From Candidatus Latescibacterota bacterium (GTDB lineage Bacteria; Latescibacterota; UBA2968), in assembly GCA_965222605.1 (NCBI GenBank), contig OZ244960.1, forward strand, positions 2,016,001 to 2,080,000: a stretch of DNA of 64,000 nucleotides, read 5' to 3'. How positions within the stretch are numbered: the stretch's first letter is position 1; every line of letters begins with the position of its first letter. Position numbers and translations under genes: made by a program. This document shows positions 41,229 to 50,281 of this stretch, piece by piece. The notes under the pieces were generated by a model that did not search any database, was not told where the DNA came from, and was given only the letters and a program-made list of their open reading frames with translations.

Positions 41229-43010
41229 ATGCAAAAACCACCATCATCTCTACCCGCTTTTTTATGGCACTTCCTACGTCCCCACAGACTGAGCGTTTTG
41301 GGATTAGTTGGTACGGGCGTCTTTTGGGCATTGGAAATGTCTTTCAAACCCTATTTGGTCAAATTGCTCATTGACGGCATTGTGGCTTATGGGGAAACGG
41401 CGGAAAATTTATTTAATCTGGTCGTTTTACCGGCAATTTTCTATGTGGCGTTATTGGAAGCGAACAATTTCAACTATAGAATGATGGATTTTATAAAGTT
41501 GCGGCTGATACCCAATTTAGAAAGGGATATCTCTGCCAGCATGTTCGATTATCTGGAGCGACATTCGTACCAATATTTTCAGAACCAATTTGCCGGAAAC
41601 CTTTCAAACAAGGTTATGGATATGGCAAGGGGAGCAGGAACGATTGTGGAGAGAATGGAGACATTTTTTTCTCACTTTACTGCACTGATTATTGCATCCA
41701 TTCTGCTTTTCTTTATTCATCCATTTTTTGCACTCGTTTTTGTTCTTTGGGCCGCTCTTTTCCTATCCGGTACTGTATTTCTTTCAAAGAGATCACACCA
41801 GTATTCAACCATTGCATCCGAGTCGCGCAGCATTGTAATGGGGAAAATTGTGGACAGTCTTGCCAATGTCATCAATATACATCTCTTCGCACGCAACAAG
41901 TACGAAAAGGAATATCTGCATGGGTACTTAAATGATGTAATGGAAAAAGACCGACGACTGAGGTGGTACCTGTTCAAGATCAAATATCTACAAGGATTTT
42001 CAATTACTTTGCTGGTAGGGGGTTGGCTCTTCTGTCTCGTCTATTACTATTCCCGGGGGCTGATCACCATTGGGGATTTTACGTTTGTCCTTACACTGGC
42101 AATGACGATTGTATGGGAAGTATGGAGATTGGCAGACTCACTTGTAGGATTTTCACAAGAACTGGGGATTTGCCGACAGGCCATTGCCATCGTAACAATT
42201 CCTCACGAGATTGCAGATGTTCGCGGAGCCAAACGGCTGAACATTTCAGATGGCGCGATTGTTTTCGACCAGGTCAGCTTCCACTACGTTCCGGGACGTG
42301 ATATTTTTGAGGATAAGACAATAGAAATTCAGGGAGGTCAGAGGGTCGGTTTGGTTGGATCTTCCGGAGTCGGTAAAACCACATTTGTCAATTTGATTCT
42401 TCGTTTCTTTGATGTGCAGAACGGGCGTATTCTGATTGATGGACAAGATATCAGTCAAGTCAAGCGAGAGTCACTCCACGAGCAAATAGCGATGATACCC
42501 CAAGATCCCGGTTTATTTCACCGCACATTGATGGAGAACATACGCTATGGTCGATTGGATGCGACAGATGAAGAAGTGATTGCGGCTTCTCAAAAGGGAC
42601 ACTGCCACGAATTTATCGAGCAGATTGAAGGCGGCTATCAGGCACTGGTTGGTGAACGCGGCATTAAACTTTCGGGAGGGCAGCGTCAGAGGATCGCCAT
42701 TTCAAGAGCCATATTGAAAAACGCTCCTATTCTCATCTTGGATGAGGCGACATCGGCCCTTGATTCAATTACTGAAAAATACATTCAGAAAAGCCTGGAA
42801 GACCTCATGAGAGATCGGACAACCATTGCTATCGCCCACCGCCTATCAACGCTTGCCACGATGGATCGCATTCTGGTGTTCAAAGATGGACAGATTGTTG
42901 AAGATGGTACGCATGTAGAACTTTTGGAACAGAAAAGCCACTATTTCCATTTGTGGCGTATGCAGGTCAGAGGTTTTTTGCCGAGAGAATCGAACAATGG
43001 TGAAAATTAG
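41229..43010 (+). CDS. ABC exporter, fused TMD-NBD (MsbA/MdlB type)
   Basis: N-terminal TMs; GSSGVGKT, LSGGQRQR, ILDEATSALD, IAHRLST. Confidence 0.93.
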   Translation: MQKPPSSLPAFLWHFLRPHRLSVLGLVGTGVFWALEMSFKPYLVKLLIDGIVAYGETAENLFNLVVLPAIFYVALLEANNFNYRMMDFIKLRLIPNLERDISASMFDYLERHSYQYFQNQFAGNLSNKVMDMARGAGTIVERMETFFSHFTALIIASILLFFIHPFFALVFVLWAALFLSGTVFLSKRSHQYSTIASESRSIVMGKIVDSLANVINIHLFARNKYEKEYLHGYLNDVMEKDRRLRWYLFKIKYLQGFSITLLVGGWLFCLVYYYSRGLITIGDFTFVLTLAMTIVWEVWRLADSLVGFSQELGICRQAIAIVTIPHEIADVRGAKRLNISDGAIVFDQVSFHYVPGRDIFEDKTIEIQGGQRVGLVGSSGVGKTTFVNLILRFFDVQNGRILIDGQDISQVKRESLHEQIAMIPQDPGLFHRTLMENIRYGRLDATDEEVIAASQKGHCHEFIEQIEGGYQALVGERGIKLSGGQRQRIAISRAILKNAPILILDEATSALDSITEKYIQKSLEDLMRDRTTIAIAHRLSTLATMDRILVFKDGQIVEDGTHVELLEQKSHYFHLWRMQVRGFLPRESNNGEN

Positions 43011-43086
43011 TTTGGCATTATTAATAGTGTGAACACACCGTTTCTGATGAAAAAAAGGAAGTTGATAGAATAAGAAGGGATTCGCA

Positions 43087-45498
43087 ATGTTTGAAAACTA
43101 TCTAAAAGTTGCAGTTCGAAACCTGTTTAAGTTCAAGATGTTTTCGTTCCTGAATATCAGTGGTTTAGCTATTGGGATGGCATGTTGTATTTTGGTTTTT
43201 TTATATATACAGGATGAAATGGGGTACGACCAGTTCCACGAAAAAAGCAATCGCATTTACCGGGTGCTAAGAGAAAGGAAAGCCAATAGCGGCGAATTCC
43301 AGACGCATCCGGGTACGTCAGGTGCGCTTGCACCGTCTCTGTTGAAAGATTTTTCAGAAATACAAAGTGCTGTCCGGACCTGGGACATTGATACGTGGAT
43401 AAACTATAAAGAGAAATGGTTTCAACAAAAATTTATGATGACCGATTCTAAAATCTTTGAAATCTTCTCTTTTCCTTTCGTAAAAGGCGATCCGGGGACA
43501 GCCCTGATGGAACCCTATACCGTTGTTCTCACTCAGGAAATGGCGAATAAATTTTTTCCCGACGAAGATCCCATAGGCCGAACAATCACCGTTGAACATC
43601 GATATTTTAGAGGGGATTACAAAATCACAGGTGTCCTGAAAAACATTCCAATAAATTCGACAATTCAATTCGATTTTCTCGCTTCGTCTGCTTCATCGGA
43701 ATGGAGACAAAAAGAATTTGCTGGCATTGTGTGGGAAAGGTGGCAACGCGAGAGTGGTTGGCTGCCAATAGAAACTTTTATTTTGCTACAAGAAGGGTAT
43801 CCACCTTTCAAATTGGAACAAAAATTGAGCGATTTTATGCTTCGTTATATGGGGGAGGAAGTCCAATCACACAATGTATATCACCTTCAACCGCTTAACC
43901 GCATTCACCTCTATTCTAACGTAGATTACGATATGACCATGTATAGTGACATCTCGTATATCTACCTACTCTCTACACTTGCCTTTTTTATTTTGTTCCT
44001 TGCCTGTATCAATTTTGTGAATCTCGCTACGGCACGCGCCACCACCAGGGCAATAGAAGTAGGTATGCGGAAGGTGGTAGGTGCTGACCAGCGGATATTG
44101 ATTGTACAATTTTTGGGAGAATCCTTTCTGCTGTCATTACTCGCCCTCTTGTTGGCATTGAGTTTTGTTGAGCTTTTCCTGCCTACCTTTAATGCCTTTA
44201 CACTTAAGGCATTATCACTAAGTATCCAGAACGGATCTCTATTGGTCGGATTATCCGGTATTACGGTATTGGTCGGCCTATTTTCCGGAATTTATCCTGC
44301 TTTTGTTTTATCTGCCTTTGAGCCTATGGATATTCTCAAAGGAGGCAAGTTAGTTGCTACTAAAAACAGCACTCGATTCCGAAAAGGATTGGTTATTTTT
44401 CAATCCTCAATTTCTGTTATATGTATCATCGGCACGATAACCGTCTTCAATCAAATGAACTATATGAGGAATAAAGACCTCGGTTTCGATAAAGATCACG
44501 TCATGGTTCTGGAGTTATACCAGACAGATCGATCATTGGCGAGCAATTATCGCGCAATACACCAGGAATTTCTAAAACATCCAGATATATTGGCGGCAAC
44601 GGCTTCTCATTCATTGCCCAATATTTGGTCGGGAGAGCACTGGGTGGTTTACCCAGAAGGAAGCAATTCGGATGGTTGGGAGATGAATATATTGGCTGTT
44701 GATGAGAACTTTTTGGATTTTTTTGACATCGAAATTAAAGAAGGCCGAAATTTCTCAAGCGACATTGGACGCGACACCACAAGTGCCTATATCCTGAATG
44801 AAACGGCGGTCAAACAACTGGGTTGGGAGAAGCCAATTGGCAAACGGTTTGAGTGGAATGATAGGCCCGGAAAAGTAATTGGCGTCGTCGAGGATTTTCA
44901 TCTGCTATCTTTGCACGAAAAAATAGGACCTGTTTTCGTCTGCATGTGGGTTTCCAAATGGAATAATCTCTCCCTCAAAATTCGGAAAGATAATATTGCC
45001 AACACGATCCAATTCGTGGAAAACCAGTGGAAACGACTAATCCCAAATCTTCCCTTCAACTTTTATTTTTTAGATGAAAACATAGATAAATTGAATTATG
45101 AGGCTGAAATAAAATTAGAAAAAATGCTCCGAGTAGCGTCATTGATTACAATTTTTGTAGCCTGTCTGGGCTTATTTGGGCTAACTGCCTTTACCGTACA
45201 ATATCGCACCCACGAAATGAGTATCCGAAAGGTACTGGGTGCTTCTAAGTTCAACATTTGGTGGTTGCTCGTGAGGGATTTTTTAAGACTCCTTTTATTC
45301 ACCAATATCATTGCATGGCCCATAGCTTTTTTCGTCATGGAGGCCTGGCTGCAGGATTTTCATTATCGCGTTCCTGTGGATCTTATAACGCTGATCCTGG
45401 GTAGTGGGATATCCCTGGTGATTACCCTGCTTACCATCGTCTATCATACCCTGAAAACTGCTTTGTTAAATCCCATTCATCATTTGCGGTACAAGTGA
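43087..45498 (+). CDS. ABC permease, duplicated MacB_PCD/FtsX (#9)
   Basis: MFENYL, LACINFVNL, EVGMRKVVGA, NPIHHLRYK. Confidence 0.93.
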   Translation: MFENYLKVAVRNLFKFKMFSFLNISGLAIGMACCILVFLYIQDEMGYDQFHEKSNRIYRVLRERKANSGEFQTHPGTSGALAPSLLKDFSEIQSAVRTWDIDTWINYKEKWFQQKFMMTDSKIFEIFSFPFVKGDPGTALMEPYTVVLTQEMANKFFPDEDPIGRTITVEHRYFRGDYKITGVLKNIPINSTIQFDFLASSASSEWRQKEFAGIVWERWQRESGWLPIETFILLQEGYPPFKLEQKLSDFMLRYMGEEVQSHNVYHLQPLNRIHLYSNVDYDMTMYSDISYIYLLSTLAFFILFLACINFVNLATARATTRAIEVGMRKVVGADQRILIVQFLGESFLLSLLALLLALSFVELFLPTFNAFTLKALSLSIQNGSLLVGLSGITVLVGLFSGIYPAFVLSAFEPMDILKGGKLVATKNSTRFRKGLVIFQSSISVICIIGTITVFNQMNYMRNKDLGFDKDHVMVLELYQTDRSLASNYRAIHQEFLKHPDILAATASHSLPNIWSGEHWVVYPEGSNSDGWEMNILAVDENFLDFFDIEIKEGRNFSSDIGRDTTSAYILNETAVKQLGWEKPIGKRFEWNDRPGKVIGVVEDFHLLSLHEKIGPVFVCMWVSKWNNLSLKIRKDNIANTIQFVENQWKRLIPNLPFNFYFLDENIDKLNYEAEIKLEKMLRVASLITIFVACLGLFGLTAFTVQYRTHEMSIRKVLGASKFNIWWLLVRDFLRLLLFTNIIAWPIAFFVMEAWLQDFHYRVPVDLITLILGSGISLVITLLTIVYHTLKTALLNPIHHLRYK

Positions 45499-45556
45499 TT
45501 GCTCCTGGGTTGCAGTTGTCATTAAAACTGACGGCCTCCGTGTTAGTGGATAAGGA

Positions 45557-46123
45557 ATGAAGCCAATGAGCAGTAAGAAATCCGAACCCAGCAAACAGCC
45601 TTTACTCGGTTTGAAGCGTGGAGAGTTGTCCATTTCCCCTTATCGGGAAGAATGGAAAACCTTATTTGAAAGAGAAAAGAAGGATATTGAAAAAGCTATT
45701 GGAGATTATATCGAGGATATTCAGCATGTCGGCAGCACATCAATTCCAGGCATGTCTGCCAAGCCGATTCTGGACATTGCAATCGCTGTCAAAGACTTTG
45801 AGAAAGCCAGAATATGTATAGAACCGCTTTCTAAAATGGGATACGCTTTCAAGGGCGAGAATGGCATACCTCGCAGACACTATTTTCTAAAAGGCGAGCC
45901 ATGCACCCATCACATCCATCTGCTCGAAAAAACCAGTGAAGAATGGGAGAAATTGATCTTATTCCGGGACCACCTGAGATCGAATCAAAATACCGCCGAA
46001 GATTACAAAAAATTGAAAATCGATCTATCTGAAAAACATCGAGAAGACCGGAAATCCTATCAGGCCGCAAAGAGTGATTTCGTTGAAGCGGTCATACGAA
46101 AAAGCCTTCTGGATTGCGGCTAA
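45557..46123 (+). CDS. GrpB/UPF0157 nucleotidyltransferase-fold protein
   Basis: IQHVGSTSIPGMSAKPILDI; LFRDHLR; Y...KSDFV. Confidence 0.9.
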   Translation: MKPMSSKKSEPSKQPLLGLKRGELSISPYREEWKTLFEREKKDIEKAIGDYIEDIQHVGSTSIPGMSAKPILDIAIAVKDFEKARICIEPLSKMGYAFKGENGIPRRHYFLKGEPCTHHIHLLEKTSEEWEKLILFRDHLRSNQNTAEDYKKLKIDLSEKHREDRKSYQAAKSDFVEAVIRKSLLDCG

Positions 46124-46225
46124 AACCATGCCGCAATGACAAACGGGAGCCTGCCCCGTAGTGACTCTATACGGGGGCACGGGGACCGTCCCCTACTACC
46201 ACGCCGCGATGACGGCGCTGTTGAA
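46109..46225. repeat. Cluster of REP-like palindromes at the island's right edge
   Basis: CTGGATTGCGGCTAAAACCATGCCGCAATGAC (related copy at 61352); CCCCGTA..TACGGGG; GGGGACCGTCCCCTAC. Confidence 0.65.
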
Positions 46226-46235
46226 CTGAGGCATT

Positions 46236-47066
46236 CTAATCACCCGCTCTTGAAGGCCGCATATACAACGCCTCAAAGCGATCCCTGGCCTCCCATCCCA
46301 ACAACCGCTTCGCCTTATCGGGCCGATACTTATCGTGCGGCAGCCGCGCGCAAATAAAAAAATTCTCATAAAGCGACGGCATCTCGGGCGCTCGCAGCCC
46401 GCACAAAAACGCCGTACCCGTATCCTCCCACGACGTCGAATAGGGATGTACACCGCGCCCATGTTCCTCGGGCAGCACCTCTCCCGGCCGAAAACTCGTA
46501 TAGACAAATGTAAGCACCTCCAGGCCCTCGCGCTCGGCAAAAACGCGCGTAACATGCCCGCCCAGATACTTGGTCACAGCGTAGAGATCATCGCCTGGAT
46601 GCAGCGGAATATCGGCTTCCAATTGGAAGTCGTGCCAATAATCGGCATTGTGGTCCAGCGAAGTGTGAAAAGGCCCGGTGTGAATCAACCGCTTAATCCC
46701 ACATGCCACGCAGGCTTTGGCCACATTGTATGCACCGACCATATTGACCTGAAAAGCCAGCACCGGATGTGGCCGAATGACAGAAACATTGATCGCCGCA
46801 TCCATCCCCTCGCACGCAGCCAGCACCTGTGCATAATCGGTAATATCGACAACCCGATTTTCGTGCGGCGGTCCCAACACCTCTGGAATCGGCGCCCGGG
46901 GACTTTGCGGCGGCGAAACCGCTATCTCTGTCATCGGACGAAGATCGGTCACCCGCAAAGTATAATGGTCTTTAAGCGCAGAAATCGCCGCTGCACCCAC
47001 CGGACCACCCGCCCCAAACAACACCACATTGCCCTCATTTACAGTTCCCATAACATCTCTCCTCAA
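46236..47066 (-). CDS. NAD-dependent epimerase/dehydratase (extended SDR)
   Basis: LFGAGGPVG; YAVTK (YxxxK). Confidence 0.85.
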   Translation of the reverse strand: MRRDVMGTVNEGNVVLFGAGGPVGAAAISALKDHYTLRVTDLRPMTEIAVSPPQSPRAPIPEVLGPPHENRVVDITDYAQVLAACEGMDAAINVSVIRPHPVLAFQVNMVGAYNVAKACVACGIKRLIHTGPFHTSLDHNADYWHDFQLEADIPLHPGDDLYAVTKYLGGHVTRVFAEREGLEVLTFVYTSFRPGEVLPEEHGRGVHPYSTSWEDTGTAFLCGLRAPEMPSLYENFFICARLPHDKYRPDKAKRLLGWEARDRFEALYMRPSRAGD

Positions 47067-47662
47067 GCAAAGCGCCCACTCGACGCCACATGCGCCAGCG
47101 ACCAGTGGTGCCCCTCGCGCTCGGCTATAAGCGCCTCCCGAACCGCCGCCACCGCATCCTCTGCCATCGTCTCCTCACCCAACGCACCAAGGCGCAAACA
47201 GCGCACTTCGATCTGACCCGTACGGGCAATCTCTCGCCCCACCAACTCAGCCATAAGCGGCGCCAGAGACCCGGCCTCCGCTCGCGGCAGCGCATTCCAC
47301 TGCGGATCAACGATATATTCCTCCGGATAATCCCGCACCAAATCCAGACAACTCAACAGCACCACCTTCTCAACACCGGCGGCACAGGCAGCCGTCAGTG
47401 CCACATAAGCACCCCTCGCCGCAGCGTCGAGCAGAACCTGTTCGCTATCACCCGTCGAATCACTGGCCGCCGCGTACACAACCGCCTCTACGCCTCCCAG
47501 CACCGGGTCCAACGACTTCCGCTCAAGCAAATCCACCTGTCGGTACCCGTCCAGACCAGGGGCATCTTCCGAACCAATCGCCACCACCTCAAAGCCCGCG
47601 CCCAACCCATCCGCCAACAGTGCACCCCAGGGGCGATCCGCGCCAATCACTGCCACATTCAT
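47063..47662 (-). CDS. Short degenerate NAD(P)-binding SDR-like protein
   Basis: Rossmann-like MNVAVIGA; GVEKVVLLS; no YxxxK; overlaps the next gene. Confidence 0.7.
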   Translation of the reverse strand: MNVAVIGADRPWGALLADGLGAGFEVVAIGSEDAPGLDGYRQVDLLERKSLDPVLGGVEAVVYAAASDSTGDSEQVLLDAAARGAYVALTAACAAGVEKVVLLSCLDLVRDYPEEYIVDPQWNALPRAEAGSLAPLMAELVGREIARTGQIEVRCLRLGALGEETMAEDAVAAVREALIAEREGHHWSLAHVASSGRFA

Positions 47663-47839
47663 GGTATCTCCTCTCTGAAATCTGACTCACCATCCCGCAA
47701 TATACGCGATTCTCTCCGCGGAACGCAACCTTCAAAAAGCGCGAATATCTATTTGTCTTGCTCCTGCATCTCAAAGGCTATATTTTGCCATCAATTAGAC
47801 CGCATCATCCACCAGCTATTCTTTCAAGGAGAACCGGAC

Positions 47840-49585
47840 ATGGACCGCGAATCTATGACCAATGCAGAGAATCACTTCTTCGACACCGAAGGCTATATCA
47901 TTGTCCCCGGTGCCCTCACCTCGAAAGAAGTCGATTCCCTCAACAACACCCTCGACAAAGCCGGACCCACCGACAATCTCCTGACACTATCCGCTCCTCT
48001 GCGGGAACCCTTCCGCGACCTTCTGGTCCATCCCTTACTGGTCTGGTACCTCAACCAGATCTGTGGCTCCGGCTTTCGCCTGGACACAGCACCTCGCCTG
48101 ATCGGAGAAACTGCTGGCGACGACCCCAACGCCCCGCTACAGGGCAACAACGAACCCAGAGATACCGCCCGGGCCTACTACTTTCAGAACCACTACCGCG
48201 TCTGCCACGGCGTACGCGTCATCTGGGCACTCTGCGATGTCAATGCGGACGACGGCGGCGTGGTCCTGATTCCGGCCAGCCACAAAAGCAATGTAGAAGT
48301 GCCCGAAGACCTCCTCACAGGCGCAGACGACATGGACCTGGTCAAACAACCCGTGCTCAAAGCCGGCGATCTGCTCATCATTGCCGGAACCACCCTTCAG
48401 GGCCTCCGCCCCTGGAAAGGGCGCAATCCACAGCGTCTCCTCGCCTGTGAATATGCCAACCGCGCTGTCCTGCAATCCAACGGGCCAGGAGCAAAACCAG
48501 AACCCAGACCAGAATGGATGGATGGCCTGCCGCCCGAACATGTGGCCGTCCTCTCCAAACCCGGATACAAAGACACCACCGACCCGCCGCCAAGCCTCAA
48601 TACCGATGGCAAAAAGACCTGGCTGGAAAAATCGCCGGACATTATCCACCCCTCGTTTTACAAACCCGATCCCGACGCTGGCATTGACCACAAAGAACTC
48701 TACTTCTGGGACCTCACCGGCTACCTCATCGTGCGCAATGTCATGGACGAAGAATGGCTGGAACAGGCCAACGAAGCCATCGACAAATTTTCCGATCGCA
48801 TTGTCGTGGGCGAAGAACTCGCCCGGGGATCCAAAAGCCTCCGGGGCACCGGACGCCCCACCCTCAGCGGCCTTCTTCACTTGCCCGAACCCTATTGCGA
48901 TCCCTTCCGCAAAATGCTCATCCACCCGGCCGTCATCGGTCGCCTCAACTGGATGATGGGCAGCGGCTATCGGTGCGACGGGGCAACCGCCTTCTGTTCG
49001 GTCAAAGGATCCACCGGGCACTCCCTCCACGGCGGCAACGAACCCCTCACACCCTCCCGAAGCTACGTCTTCCAGAATGGCCGCAGCCATGCCGAATTTG
49101 TCCGCGCTGTCTGGCAATTGCACGACATAACGCCCGGCGGCGGAGGGTTCGTCTGCGTCCCGGGAAGCCACAAAGCCTATTATCGCATGCCCGAAGGCAT
49201 CCGCACCAGCGACGACGACATGGGCACCATCCGCCAACCGGTCCCGAAAGCCGGCGACATCCTCTTTTTTATGGACACCGTCCTCACCCACGGAGCCTGG
49301 GCCTGGAAATCTGACATCAGCCGCCGGTCCGTCTTCTTCACATACCAGTCCCGCCACCACTCCTGGAGCGGCGGCGTCATCGAACCCGAAGACCGCTGGG
49401 GAGAAGACATAGTCGAAGGCATGACCGACGCCCAATTTGCCGTCATGCGCGGCTCCACCCGCGACGTCCGGAGTAGAAACACACCCCGCCTCGTTGTAGA
49501 AAACGGCCAACTAAGCGTCTCCTACGACGCCATGGGAGACCCTTATGAATACCCGGTCCGAAAACCGGACGACAAGAAAAAATAA
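47840..49585 (+). CDS. Two-domain PhyH-family Fe(II)/2OG oxygenase
   Basis: AAGGAG RBS and ATG 47840; two repeats of GY.IV...W.L.D...GG...P.SHK...KAGD. Confidence 0.88.
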   Translation: MDRESMTNAENHFFDTEGYIIVPGALTSKEVDSLNNTLDKAGPTDNLLTLSAPLREPFRDLLVHPLLVWYLNQICGSGFRLDTAPRLIGETAGDDPNAPLQGNNEPRDTARAYYFQNHYRVCHGVRVIWALCDVNADDGGVVLIPASHKSNVEVPEDLLTGADDMDLVKQPVLKAGDLLIIAGTTLQGLRPWKGRNPQRLLACEYANRAVLQSNGPGAKPEPRPEWMDGLPPEHVAVLSKPGYKDTTDPPPSLNTDGKKTWLEKSPDIIHPSFYKPDPDAGIDHKELYFWDLTGYLIVRNVMDEEWLEQANEAIDKFSDRIVVGEELARGSKSLRGTGRPTLSGLLHLPEPYCDPFRKMLIHPAVIGRLNWMMGSGYRCDGATAFCSVKGSTGHSLHGGNEPLTPSRSYVFQNGRSHAEFVRAVWQLHDITPGGGGFVCVPGSHKAYYRMPEGIRTSDDDMGTIRQPVPKAGDILFFMDTVLTHGAWAWKSDISRRSVFFTYQSRHHSWSGGVIEPEDRWGEDIVEGMTDAQFAVMRGSTRDVRSRNTPRLVVENGQLSVSYDAMGDPYEYPVRKPDDKKK

Positions 49586-49692
49586 AAACACGCGACACAC
49601 CAGAATGGGATCGCGTCTTGTGGAGACATGTTGATTGCTTGTGTACCGTGCCGGATTGACCTGGAATTACAACGCGCAAAGGGGATCATGGA

Positions 49693-49888
49693 ATGAGTAA
49701 AGTAAGTGACTTACACAAGAAATGGAGTCACGACTCTGAGTACCTGGCTGCTTATGAAGAACTCGGCCTGGAGTTCGACCTGGCCCGTGTGCTGATTGAG
49801 GCCCGAATTGGTGCCAAGCTCACGCAAGCGCAACTTGCCAAGCGCATGAAGACAACGCAATCGGTCATTGCCCGGCTTGAGAGCGGGG
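49693..49888 (+). pseudogene. XRE/HigA-like HTH protein, 3'-truncated
   Basis: LTQAQLAKRMKTTQSVIARLESG, then runs into the antisense strand of the next gene. Confidence 0.75.
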
Positions 49889-50277
49889 ATGTCGCCGAGC
49901 AGCCAGGCTTCACCCTCTTCTATGGCAATACAAAACCGGGTCTCTGGCCTGGAATTGCACGCATTCAGAACTCTGAAAAGTTCCTGACGAAATACTTTCA
50001 GACATTTATCATCCAGGTCGCAAACCACAATCACTGCTGCTGAATAGTTCGCCGGGTAGCTGGCAAATGTCTTTCCATGTCCTCTGAGCAACCTGATAAG
50101 TTGGTTGAGCAAAATGCGCTTACTCGCATCGGTACTGCTCTTGAGATTTTTGGGAATATGTCCGATTCCCCGGTATTCAATAACCCTGAATGTATGCTGA
50201 TCACCGATAATCTTTGGAATCAGAATATCGAGTGCCTTCTTACCGGACAGGTCTTCGACGAGTACTTCAAAGTGCAT
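49884..50277 (-). pseudogene. DUF4276-like TOPRIM-fold protein, 3'-truncated
   Basis: VLVED, VVCDLDD, EEGEAWLLGD; the frame continues into the antisense HTH sequence to 49711. Confidence 0.65.
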
Positions 50278-50281
50278 CCAA

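Noticed and set aside
41229-43010. This ABC protein as the missing ATPase of the nine permeases
   Set aside because: It is a fused exporter with its own transmembrane domain, not a stand-alone MacB/LolD-type ATPase.
2956-45498. Diversity-generating retroelement acting on the permeases
   Set aside because: No reverse transcriptase in the window, and repeat differences are not adenine-specific.
5428-46123. Integron cassette array
   Set aside because: The cargo is cassette-like, but I found no recurring attC-type palindrome between genes and no integrase; the repeats are gene remnants.
47090-47839. N-terminal extension of the 831-aa ORF
   Set aside because: It is antisense to a real SDR-like gene; the RBS supports a start at 47840.
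48137-49510. 457-aa minus-strand ORF and similar shadows (13562-14263, 20769-21605, 23850-24644, 46335-47216)
   Set aside because: They are antisense to well-supported genes and carry no recognisable motifs.
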